Part shown: positions 56,210 through 64,000 of the stretch, in pieces
Layout of the letters: every line of letters starts with the position of its first letter
Position numbering within the stretch: the stretch's first letter is position 1
NCBI GenBank assembly: GCA_029261035.1
Contig: JAJDCD010000022.1
Location: forward strand, 16,063 to 80,062
Source of the DNA: Candidatus Omnitrophota bacterium
GTDB taxonomy: Bacteria; Omnitrophota; Omnitrophia; Omnitrophales; JACROU01
Direction: 5' to 3'
Length of the DNA: 64,000 nt
Notes under the pieces: generated by a model
Seen by the model: only the letters and a program-made list of their open reading frames with translations
The model's database searches: none
Told to the model about the DNA's origin: nothing
Program-made: the position numbers and the translations under genes

Positions 56210-56934
56210 AAATTAAGAGTCCTTTTAAGCCCAAATCTGACCTTGCCCAAATTTCAGAAGTGTTTTCTTCTATTCAAGGCGAAGGGCTTTGTGTCGGAGA
56301 AAAGCATTTATTCGTTCGTTTTCGTTCTTGCAATATCGCTTGTTCTTATTGTGATGAATATGACAAAGTGTACTTTGAAGATCTTTCAGTTATTCAACTC
56401 ATGACTTCCATTCAATCTTTAGATAAAGAAAAAGGGCCGCATGATTATGTGAGCCTGACAGGTGGAGAGCCTTTGCTTTACACGTCTTATCTTAAAAATC
56501 TAATCCCGGAGCTTAAAAGAGAAGGGCATTCCATTTATCTTGAGACAGGGGGTATTCTTTATCATCAGTTAGAAGAGGTTGTCGCTTTTTGTGATTTTAT
56601 TTCAATGGATATGAAGCTACCCAGTGTTACGGGAGAAAAAGATTTTTTTAAAGAACACGAAGCTTTTCTTAAAATTGCTAAACAAAAACAAGTATTTGTT
56701 AAAATTGTTTTGTCCAAGCAAACAAAGTTAGAAGAGTTTCTAAAAGCCCTGGATGTTATTTCTAGAATTGATAAAACAATCCCTCTTGTATTGCAGCCTG
56801 TTACAGATATAAAAACACAGGAGTTGGAACCTGGAATTGGAGAGTATTTATCAAGCTTGGTTTCAGTAGCTAAACGATATTTAGTTACAGTAAAAGCAAT
56901 TCCGCAAACGCATAAGTGGATGAATATACAATAG
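56203..56934 (+). CDS. queE: 7-carboxy-7-deazaguanine synthase QueE (radical SAM)
   Basis: CNIACSYCDE. Confidence 0.85.
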   Translation: MLKIKSPFKPKSDLAQISEVFSSIQGEGLCVGEKHLFVRFRSCNIACSYCDEYDKVYFEDLSVIQLMTSIQSLDKEKGPHDYVSLTGGEPLLYTSYLKNLIPELKREGHSIYLETGGILYHQLEEVVAFCDFISMDMKLPSVTGEKDFFKEHEAFLKIAKQKQVFVKIVLSKQTKLEEFLKALDVISRIDKTIPLVLQPVTDIKTQELEPGIGEYLSSLVSVAKRYLVTVKAIPQTHKWMNIQ

Positions 56935-56935
56935 C

Positions 56936-57088
56936 GTGGAGCGTTTAGCGTGACTGAAGGATCTCGGAAGTGAGAAGCCTGAGATTGCCACAGCTCGGCT
57001 GTTGTTGCTTCACAATGACAAAAAGCATTATGGATTCCCCCGCCCAACAAACTGGTGGACAGGCGATAAAAGATTTCGGGAATGACAC
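56936..57088. repeat. composite family A/B repeat (…GAGATTGCCACAGCTCGG…CACAATGACA…GGATTCCCCCG…AAAAGATTTCGGGAATGACAC)
   Basis: Between queE and rph. Confidence 0.6.
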
Positions 57089-57135
57089 TTTTTCTAATTA
57101 TTATGTCACCTAGTTTAATCAACAAAGGAGAGAAA

Positions 57136-57846
57136 ATGAAGAGGATGGATGGCCGTAAGCCTGATGAAATGAGAAAAGTAAAAGTAAAAATGGGTTATTT
57201 AAAATATGCTCTTGGATCTTGTTTGATAGAGTTCGGGAATACTCGTGTATTGTGTAGCGCTTCGATTGACGATGGTGTTCCGCGATTTTTAAAAGGACAG
57301 GGAAAAGGTTGGCTGACCTCTGAGTATGGAATGTTGCCAGCATCTTGTAATTCTCGTATCTCACGGGAGTCGAGTAAAGGAAAGATTAGTGGTCGAACTT
57401 CAGAAATTCAACGACTTATTGGACGTTCTTTGAGAGCGGTTGTTGATTTAGAAAAATTAGGGGAAAGAACCATTTGGATTGATGCCGATGTGATTCAAGG
57501 CGATGGGGGGACTCGAACAGCAAGTATTACTGGAGCTTATTTGGCGCTAAAGCAAGCAGTTGGAAAGCTTATTAAACAGAAGGTTCTTACAGAAGACCCA
57601 ATTATTGATAATATTTCAGCGATCAGTGTTGGAGTTATCGGAGGAGTTCCTTTTTTAGATTTATGTTACGTTGAAGACTCTAGTGCAGATACCGATATGA
57701 ATGTAGTGATGACCGGTAAGGGTAAGTTTATTGAAGTTCAAGGTACTGCAGAAGGAGCTCCCTTTACTGAGAAGGAACTGAGTCAGTTGTTAGTTCTTGC
57801 TAAAAAAGGGAATAAAGAACTAACAAAATTACAAGATAAGTATTAG
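57136..57846 (+). CDS. rph: ribonuclease PH
   Basis: RNase PH fold (…ITGAYLAL…). Start moved to MKRMDGR after the AAAGGAGAG RBS. Confidence 0.9.
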   Translation: MKRMDGRKPDEMRKVKVKMGYLKYALGSCLIEFGNTRVLCSASIDDGVPRFLKGQGKGWLTSEYGMLPASCNSRISRESSKGKISGRTSEIQRLIGRSLRAVVDLEKLGERTIWIDADVIQGDGGTRTASITGAYLALKQAVGKLIKQKVLTEDPIIDNISAISVGVIGGVPFLDLCYVEDSSADTDMNVVMTGKGKFIEVQGTAEGAPFTEKELSQLLVLAKKGNKELTKLQDKY

Positions 57847-57904
57847 CGTATAGTTGTAGAAAGCTCTCACTACCCCCCCCCTGTCAGGGAGAGGGGATTT
57901 TGTT

Positions 57905-58525
57905 TTGTTATTGCTAATAGAAAGTGATCTGTTGAAGAAGACTATTGTTGTTGCCACAAAAAATGAGCATAAGGTAAGAGAATTTAAATCTATTTGCACA
58001 GGAATGGATTTTAAATTTGTTTCTTTAACTGCTTTTCCTGAAATTAAATCCGTACGAGAAGATGGAAAAACGTTTGAAGAGAATGCGATAAAAAAAGCAG
58101 TTTATGTTGCAAAGAAAACAGGTTGTTTTGCTATAGCGGATGATTCAGGTATTTGTATTGATGCGTTAGGGGGGAAGCCTGGAATTCGATCGGCGCGATT
58201 TGCCGGGTATAAAGGGGATGAGGCTAATAACTCTAAAGTATTTCGATCTTTAAAAGGTGTTTCAGATAAAGATCGAAAAGCTCATTACCATTGTTCTATT
58301 GCTATAGCAAGCCCAGACAAAGTGATTGGATGTTGTGAGGGTAAAGTCTATGGCCGTATCACTCATGAACGAATAGGTGAAAAGGGTTTTGGCTATGATC
58401 CTTTATTTTATTTTCCACCCTTTAAAAAAACATTTGCACAAGTTAGCTTAAAACAAAAAAACAGGGTATCTCACCGTGCAAAAGCCTTAAAAAAAGCGGT
58501 TAGAATACTAAAAAAATTAAAATAA
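57905..58525 (+). CDS. rdgB: dITP/XTP pyrophosphatase (RdgB/Ham1)
   Basis: …ATKNEHKVREF…, FGYDPLF. Confidence 0.85.
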   Translation: MLLLIESDLLKKTIVVATKNEHKVREFKSICTGMDFKFVSLTAFPEIKSVREDGKTFEENAIKKAVYVAKKTGCFAIADDSGICIDALGGKPGIRSARFAGYKGDEANNSKVFRSLKGVSDKDRKAHYHCSIAIASPDKVIGCCEGKVYGRITHERIGEKGFGYDPLFYFPPFKKTFAQVSLKQKNRVSHRAKALKKAVRILKKLK

Positions 58526-58527
58526 AG

Positions 58528-58705
58528 TCATTGCGAGCTTCAGCAAGGATGCGCGGCAGTCTCAGAATTTAGTATTTTTTCCCTTTAATCCGAGATTGCC
58601 ACGGCTCTTTTTTTCGTTGCCTCGCAATGACGTATCTGAGGGTGCTTAGCTGTCCGCCGCAAAAAACGGAGGATCTGTCTTTGACGGAAAAGCGAAGGGC
58701 TGACA
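58528..58705. repeat. composite family A repeat (GTCATTGCGAGC … GAGATTGCCACGGCTC … CCTCGCAATGACG …)
   Basis: Between rdgB and the DUF2203 gene. Inverted GTCATTGCGAG/CTCGCAATGAC termini. Confidence 0.6.
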
Positions 58706-58726
58706 GCTACAGGCTATAATGATATA

Positions 58727-59164
58727 ATGACACCTCAACTTAAAGAGGCTTCCATGGATAAAATTAAACAACCTAAGCTATTGACTCTTGAAGAAGCAAA
58801 TGCAATTCTTCCTGAAATAACTGTGCTTCTCAAACAAATTTCTGACAAAAAAGACCAGATAGAAAAGAAGCAAGTCGAAATCGATTCTCTAGAGCTTATC
58901 TTGGATGAAGATACCCCTAAACTACAGCAAGACTTAATCGACCGTTCTAGTGAATTTAATGAGCTAGTTTCTCAGGTTAAGAAAACGCTTCAGCGCATTG
59001 AAGACAAGGGTGGTTATCTAAAAGATCTAGATTATGGTCTTGTTGATTTTTTTGGAATGCATGAAAATAAAGTTGTTTACTATTGCTGGAAGCTAGGAGA
59101 ATCTAAAATTACTCACTGGCATGAAGTGGGTGAAGGGTTTGCTTCTAGGAAGCCTATTCATTAG
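58727..59164 (+). CDS. DUF2203-family protein
   Basis: Coiled coil, then …GYLKDLDYGLVDF…VYYCWKLGE…WHE…. Confidence 0.6.
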   Translation: MTPQLKEASMDKIKQPKLLTLEEANAILPEITVLLKQISDKKDQIEKKQVEIDSLELILDEDTPKLQQDLIDRSSEFNELVSQVKKTLQRIEDKGGYLKDLDYGLVDFFGMHENKVVYYCWKLGESKITHWHEVGEGFASRKPIH

Positions 59165-62100
59165 TTCTGATTGTTCATTTCTTCTATGGTTGCTCTATAA
59201 CCAATCCCGTGAGTTGTTAAGATTTTAAGCGTTTCATCTGATTCTGCTATTGTTCTCTTCTTTTTCTTTTGTCGATCAGAATAACCTGGAATTTCAATTT
59301 CCGCATCATTTTCTAATCTCTTTTGTTTAATTAAGAGTATGAGGTTTTCTATAAAATCTTTTCTTGATTGTCTATTTTGAAAATAAATTTGAGCTAATAG
59401 AGCTTGGTTTAAATTAAGTATGATTAGTGGCCCTTGAGGTGATGTTGATCCAATTGGACCTCCAATTGAGAATAACCAATTAATATTGTTTCCACTATTA
59501 ATGATGCCAGGGAGAGTGGCGTTAATTGGAGTGGCGTTGATGTTAACACTATCTTGAACATCTAAGAAGCCTAGCGTAGTGCCGCCTTGAGCGTCGATGT
59601 TCCACTGTGTTCCAGGTGTGCTGGATCTTAAGAAGAGTATATTGCCGGCAGCACCTTGTAATGTAAGATTACCAGCTACCGTTAATGTAGAGCTTGCTTG
59701 GAAGGTGAGTGTTGGGTCAACGACATTTACTTTGCTGAAATTATTCACTGTAAAAGAACCTGTAATTGATTGATCTAGACCGTCTAAGACAAAGGTTCCT
59801 CCATTGCCATTAAATGTAGCGGCAGGCGCAACGGTAATATTGTTTTTAACTCTAAAGGTAGTGCTAGGAGCGGTTAATGTTCCACCCGTTAGATTTAAGT
59901 TACCATTTACATCTATAATTCCTGTGTTACCATTCACATTTCCATTGGAGATATTTAAGTTTCCTTCGATTTGCTGGGTGTTTGTTCCTGTGTTAAAGGT
60001 TCCGCCATTAACAGTGACATTGCCTTGGGTTGTGGTTTGTCTTCCGTTGGAGTTTAAGGTACCGCTGGTGATTTGGACGTCATTAGCGACGGTAATATCG
60101 TTTGTTAAAACAAAAGTGGATTTAGCAATATTTTGATCATTGATGGTAAGGTTGAAGAAATTATTGATCCCGTTAATATTTAAAATACCTCCAACTCCAT
60201 CTCCGATATAGCCTACTGTTCCAATCGTATTGTTAAAGGTTCCAATGGTTGGAGTTTCATTTCCTGCAAGTCTGAGAAGTCCGTTGTTATCGACGGTACC
60301 GGCTGTAAAATTATTTTGATTTGCATTTAAAATATCATCGACTCCGATGGTAAGAGTATCTACGGTAACGGAATCTCCTAAAAGAATTGTTTTTGCCGTA
60401 CCATCAACGGTTACATCACCTAAGTCTTGGTTGTTGGCGGATAGAGTAGAGGTGCCATTGCCATCAAAAACCCATCCGCCATTTCCTTTCGTTACTGTTC
60501 CATTGACGGTAATGGTAACGTCACCAGATGCGTTCACCGTAGGGTCATTGGTGAGATCAAAATTTCCGTCTGTAATTGTGACGTTACCATTAATATCAAG
60601 ATTATTGGTTAAAACGACATTGTCTGTAACAGGAGTTGATTTATTAATTGTTAAACCAGCGATTGTTTTTCCTGCAAAGTCAACATTTTGATTGTTGTTT
60701 CCGTTGAGTGTGAATGAAGCAGTAGAAGAAACATTTGAGCTTGTTCCCATCGTAACATTACCTCCAACAGATATGGTGTTGGTAGTAGTGATGCCAGCAT
60801 TAGTGCTATCAGCTACTGTGAGATTTCCTCCCACGGTGATAGGGTTGGCACTTGTGTCGAGTTGGCCTAGGTTTAGAACGGCGTTTCCAACCATGTTAAG
60901 AGCTGAGGAGAAGACATTTTTACTGAGTGCATTTGTTAAATTTAGATTTAAATTATTAATTGTTTCACCAGACCAATCGACTGTTTGGCTACTGCTACCG
61001 TTAAGGTTGATCGTTCCGTTGTTATGAGTTAATGTTGTTATTCCAGATAAATCAATATTGCCACTAACATTACTTGTTCCAGAGGTTGCTGTGTAATTTC
61101 CACCACTAACAGTTAAACCACCTAAGGTGATATCTGCGGTACCTCCAACAAAGTTTCCTCCTGTTTGTGTATAGTTAGCAGCTGTAATGGTATTTGCCCC
61201 ATTCTGATTAAGGAAACCTTGGGTGAGTGTTATGTTTTGTTGTACATCCAAATTAGAAAGTAAAATAAGAGAGCCCGCAATTTTGCTAATAGTTAGATTA
61301 GGAATTGTAGAGTTTGCTGAAGTAGCTGTGAAAGTTTGATTTCCACCACCTGAAAAAGTAAGAGAAGCATTAAAAGAGGTTTCGTTGTCTAAAAGAGCAA
61401 AAGAGCTTGTGTTTCCAGACAGATTAAAGGTTAAATTAATGTCATTTACTGTTACAGCACCGTTTCCTGCCGTAACAGGGAAGCTTAAGTCTCCGCCAAC
61501 AGTAACTGTTGGTGTTCCATTACGAGTAATGGCTAGCGTGGTTCCTGCAGCAGAATTTTGAATGGTGATATTTCCTGCTGTTGAGAAGTTATTACCATCA
61601 ATAAAGGTGCTTCCTGTGCCTGTGCCGGCCGTTCGTTCAAGAGTTAATGTATTTAGGACGGCATTATTAAATCTAAGTGTCATTGGAGCAGCAGTATTGT
61701 TTCTGTGGATTAAACTTCCATTATTGTGAGTAAAAGTCACTGTGCCTGTAAAATCGACATTACCTAATACAGTTAAGTTACCAGAAGTAGACGTGAAAGC
61801 TCCTGCATCTAGATCTAAACTGCCAACTGTAATATCTCCAGAGCCTCCTATCCAGTTACCTGTTGTTTGAGTAAAGGCTTGTGTCACAGTAACGGTGTTT
61901 CCACCATTTTGATCAACGGTTCCCTGTGTTAATGTGAGTCCTAAACTAATGTTTAAGTCGGAGAGTAAGGTTAATATTCCTGAAGTTTTGTTGACTGTAA
62001 AGGAACCAAGGGTCGAGTTCTCAGGAGCGTCATTAAAACTTTGAACCCCTGTTCCTGTAAATTGAACGCTGGCATTAAATGTGGCTTCAGTATCTAAGAT

Positions 62101-64000
62101 ATTTAGAGAACTTGTTGCTCCTGAAAGAATGTAAGTAATATTTACATCATTAACCGTTACAATTCCGTTACCTACGGTTACAGGGATATTAATATTTCCA
62201 CCCACAGTAACTACAGGGAAGCCATTGCGAGTAATGAGTAATGTAGTACCTGCAACAGAGTTTTGAATGGTGATATCCCCAAGAGTAGAGAAGCTGTCAT
62301 TGTCAAAAAAGATACTTCCAGTTCCGGTGCCTGCAGTTCTGTCTAATGTTAATGTGTTAAATACAGCATTGTTTAAGAACATACTACTAGTTGTAGAAGA
62401 GTTGTTTCGAAGGGTAACATTTCCTCCGTTGTGGTTAAAAGTACCTGCTCCTCTTAAATCTACATTACCCATAACCGTTAAAACCCCTGAAGTGGAGGTC
62501 AAAGTGCCTGCATTAAGGTCAATGCCTAAAGTAATGGATATGGTTCCGGATCCCCCAAGAAAAGCACCACCATCCATGACGAGTTGACCGGTAAGAGTTA
62601 AATTGTTTCCATTAACGTCATAAGTTGGTGTGCTAATACCTAAGGTTCCTGTTAATGCAATTGTTCCTGTTTGAGTGGTGTTAGCTGAGAATTCAATGTT
62701 GTCATTTGTGGTTATGATGTCTCCAGCAATATTTACAGATCCTGAACCATTTTGTGTGAAGCTTCCATCTAAATTTAAATCTCCAGCTGCAGTGATGGTG
62801 AGGAGTCCTGTGTTCGTCAGCGTTAGTGTTCCACCACTTGTCGTTGTTATTGTATTGTTAATATTCATTGTTGTGCCTGAAACGATCGTAGTTGTTCCAA
62901 CGGATTGAAGGGCAGCATCTAAAGACAAACTAGTTCCAGCATTCAAACTGACATTTCCTACAGTGTTTACGATGAGCTCATTAATATTAATCGAAGTTGT
63001 CGAAGTGATATTAATAGTAGCACCTGTAGCGGATACACCGACGGTTACTCCGATGCCTCCAATCGTAAGGGCGCCAGTGTTGTTAATAAAAACACCACCG
63101 GTTCCACCGCTAGCTTCAAGGTTAGAAAGGGTTGTTTCTAATGGGTCTAGGGCAGTAGCAATGCCTGCGCCAGCAATCAATACTGCGTTTGCGGCAGTAA
63201 TGTTGTTAGTAGCACCATTTCCATCAATGATAGCGCTTGCTGCACCTCCAGCATTGAGTGTTACGGTATTTGTTCCTGCGCTGATAGGTCCTGTTGCTGT
63301 AATATTACCATTTGTTGTGATGACTGTGATGCCGCCATTATTGGTGGTAATTCCATTAACGCCATCAACAAAACCAATAATAAGTGCGGTTGTATTCGTG
63401 AAACTTGCTGAGTTGCCTGCAGTGAAGATAACAGCAGATAAAGTTCCAACATTATTGGCTTCATTTAATGTAGTGCTTCCACCATTAGAAAATCTTAGGT
63501 TAGGCACGGTGATTGTGGAACCAGCTGTTTGTGTTAATGTGCCAACAGTGCCGCCAGCAAATAAGGTGAGTGTGGAAATGTTACTAGGAGCAATTGCTGT
63601 CGTAACGGTTATTCCTCCTGCGGTAGAGCCGCCAATTCTTAATATATTTGCTGTTATTGTATTTAATTCAGTATTAGTTAATCCTAGAAGACCAACAGCA
63701 TCAGCTGCACCTAAATTAATTGCCGTACCATTCGTTCTGTGGGTCAGAGAAACGATTGAACCTGTGTTTGTTGTTGTTCCAACTAAATTAATATTATCTG
63801 CATTATAATTGATATTGTCATTACCGTTACCGACAACGTCTCCAAGAATAGATAGGAGTTGATTGGCTCCTGCTAGGCTGAGTAAAATTTGCTCCCCAAA
63901 AATATCTTGAGCAGCAGGTGTATTGTTAACTGTCAAATTACCTGTGCTAACAGAAATTATGATATCTCCGTTATTGGTACTAATACCATTAACCCCATCT
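59161..64000 (-). CDS. giant repetitive β-helical surface/adhesin-like protein, partial (N-terminus beyond window)
   Basis: At least 1613 codons, rich in T/G/N/S, with PATR-like GxLTLxG repeats and three tandem units of about 235 aa. There is no autotransporter barrel at the C-terminus. Confidence 0.7.
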   Translation of the reverse strand, partial: DGVNGISTNNGDIIISVSTGNLTVNNTPAAQDIFGEQILLSLAGANQLLSILGDVVGNGNDNINYNADNINLVGTTTNTGSIVSLTHRTNGTAINLGAADAVGLLGLTNTELNTITANILRIGGSTAGGITVTTAIAPSNISTLTLFAGGTVGTLTQTAGSTITVPNLRFSNGGSTTLNEANNVGTLSAVIFTAGNSASFTNTTALIIGFVDGVNGITTNNGGITVITTNGNITATGPISAGTNTVTLNAGGAASAIIDGNGATNNITAANAVLIAGAGIATALDPLETTLSNLEASGGTGGVFINNTGALTIGGIGVTVGVSATGATINITSTTSININELIVNTVGNVSLNAGTSLSLDAALQSVGTTTIVSGTTMNINNTITTTSGGTLTLTNTGLLTITAAGDLNLDGSFTQNGSGSVNIAGDIITTNDNIEFSANTTQTGTIALTGTLGISTPTYDVNGNNLTLTGQLVMDGGAFLGGSGTISITLGIDLNAGTLTSTSGVLTVMGNVDLRGAGTFNHNGGNVTLRNNSSTTSSMFLNNAVFNTLTLDRTAGTGTGSIFFDNDSFSTLGDITIQNSVAGTTLLITRNGFPVVTVGGNINIPVTVGNGIVTVNDVNITYILSGATSSLNILDTEATFNASVQFTGTGVQSFNDAPENSTLGSFTVNKTSGILTLLSDLNISLGLTLTQGTVDQNGGNTVTVTQAFTQTTGNWIGGSGDITVGSLDLDAGAFTSTSGNLTVLGNVDFTGTVTFTHNNGSLIHRNNTAAPMTLRFNNAVLNTLTLERTAGTGTGSTFIDGNNFSTAGNITIQNSAAGTTLAITRNGTPTVTVGGDLSFPVTAGNGAVTVNDINLTFNLSGNTSSFALLDNETSFNASLTFSGGGNQTFTATSANSTIPNLTISKIAGSLILLSNLDVQQNITLTQGFLNQNGANTITAANYTQTGGNFVGGTADITLGGLTVSGGNYTATSGTSNVSGNIDLSGITTLTHNNGTINLNGSSSQTVDWSGETINNLNLNLTNALSKNVFSSALNMVGNAVLNLGQLDTSANPITVGGNLTVADSTNAGITTTNTISVGGNVTMGTSSNVSSTASFTLNGNNNQNVDFAGKTIAGLTINKSTPVTDNVVLTNNLDINGNVTITDGNFDLTNDPTVNASGDVTITVNGTVTKGNGGWVFDGNGTSTLSANNQDLGDVTVDGTAKTILLGDSVTVDTLTIGVDDILNANQNNFTAGTVDNNGLLRLAGNETPTIGTFNNTIGTVGYIGDGVGGILNINGINNFFNLTINDQNIAKSTFVLTNDITVANDVQITSGTLNSNGRQTTTQGNVTVNGGTFNTGTNTQQIEGNLNISNGNVNGNTGIIDVNGNLNLTGGTLTAPSTTFRVKNNITVAPAATFNGNGGTFVLDGLDQSITGSFTVNNFSKVNVVDPTLTFQASSTLTVAGNLTLQGAAGNILFLRSSTPGTQWNIDAQGGTTLGFLDVQDSVNINATPINATLPGIINSGNNINWLFSIGGPIGSTSPQGPLIILNLNQALLAQIYFQNRQSRKDFIENLILLIKQKRLENDAEIEIPGYSDRQKKKKRTIAESDETLKILTTHGIGYRATIEEMNNQN

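Noticed and set aside
59804-63808. Plus-strand ORFs (59804-60136, 60347-60691, 60692-61027, 62267-62587, 62675-62908, 62963-63808) rich in V/P/L
   Set aside because: They are the reverse-complement shadow of the T/G/N-rich giant minus-strand gene. Their periodic composition mirrors the coding strand.
59161-64000. Giant minus-strand protein as a chlamydial polymorphic membrane protein (Pmp)
   Set aside because: No GGA[ILV] motifs or C-terminal autotransporter barrel are visible, and the FxxN occurrences look incidental.
1-64000. CRISPR arrays, rRNA or tRNA genes
   Set aside because: No regularly spaced direct-repeat arrays. No intergenic segment has tRNA-like GTTCRANYC/acceptor features or rRNA-like conservation. 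The intergenic space is occupied by the MITE-like repeats instead.

Overview
The window is 64 kb of low-GC bacterial DNA with nearly every gene on the + strand from 1 to 59164. Gene content points to an environmental, amoeba-symbiont-type Chlamydiae-like genome, but that lineage call is inference only. Supporting genes are a standalone SWIB-domain protein, MurI, a DUF2203 protein, HemY-type protoporphyrinogen oxidase and two giant ORFs.

Gene order across the window:
- lpdA 3' end, SWIB-domain protein, then an Rrf2 regulator with a complete sufBCDSU operon plus a SufT-like DUF59 gene.
- Two small overlapping helical ORFs, a KefB-like CPA2 antiporter with an RCK domain, and a Δ9-type fatty-acid desaturase.
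- An approximately 26-kb anaerobic respiration island (about 11.9–38.2 kb).
- An IS200-like Y1 (HuH) transposase bracketed by about 52-bp direct repeats.
- miaB, a NAD(P)HX epimerase (YjeF_N) and a small Rieske protein on the − strand.
- A 3324-aa multidomain giant ORF.
- A lipoprotein, lipA, a lysine-less lipoyl-like domain, an aminotransferase, murI, queC, queE, rph, rdgB, a DUF2203 gene and a partial repetitive adhesin-like giant gene on the − strand.

The anaerobic island contains:
- a cNMP-binding protein and a Crp-family regulator;
- a NarC-like membrane dihaem cytochrome c, narG, narH, narJ, and a NarI whose C-terminus is fused to a complete Rieske protein;
- a full cytochrome b with a PEWY Qo motif and a membrane monohaem cytochrome c;
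- tandem narK1 and narK2, a small radical-SAM protein and an outer-membrane porin;
- class-III RNR, with its glycyl-radical domain split into a separate 53-codon ORF, plus nrdG;
- a full Moco pathway (moaA, moaC-mogA fusion, tauE-like, moeA, moaD, moaE, mobA) and hemY.

Regulation: three near-perfect TGTGA-N6-TCACA boxes sit at identical class-II geometry, centred about −41.5 from a plausible −10, upstream of narC, the radical-SAM gene and nrdD. The regulator's recognition helix (RETVAR) is CRP-like and matches these boxes.

Repeats: two families of short dispersed intergenic repeats with inverted termini (MITE-like) occur at seven or more sites.

I saw no rRNA, tRNA or CRISPR arrays.
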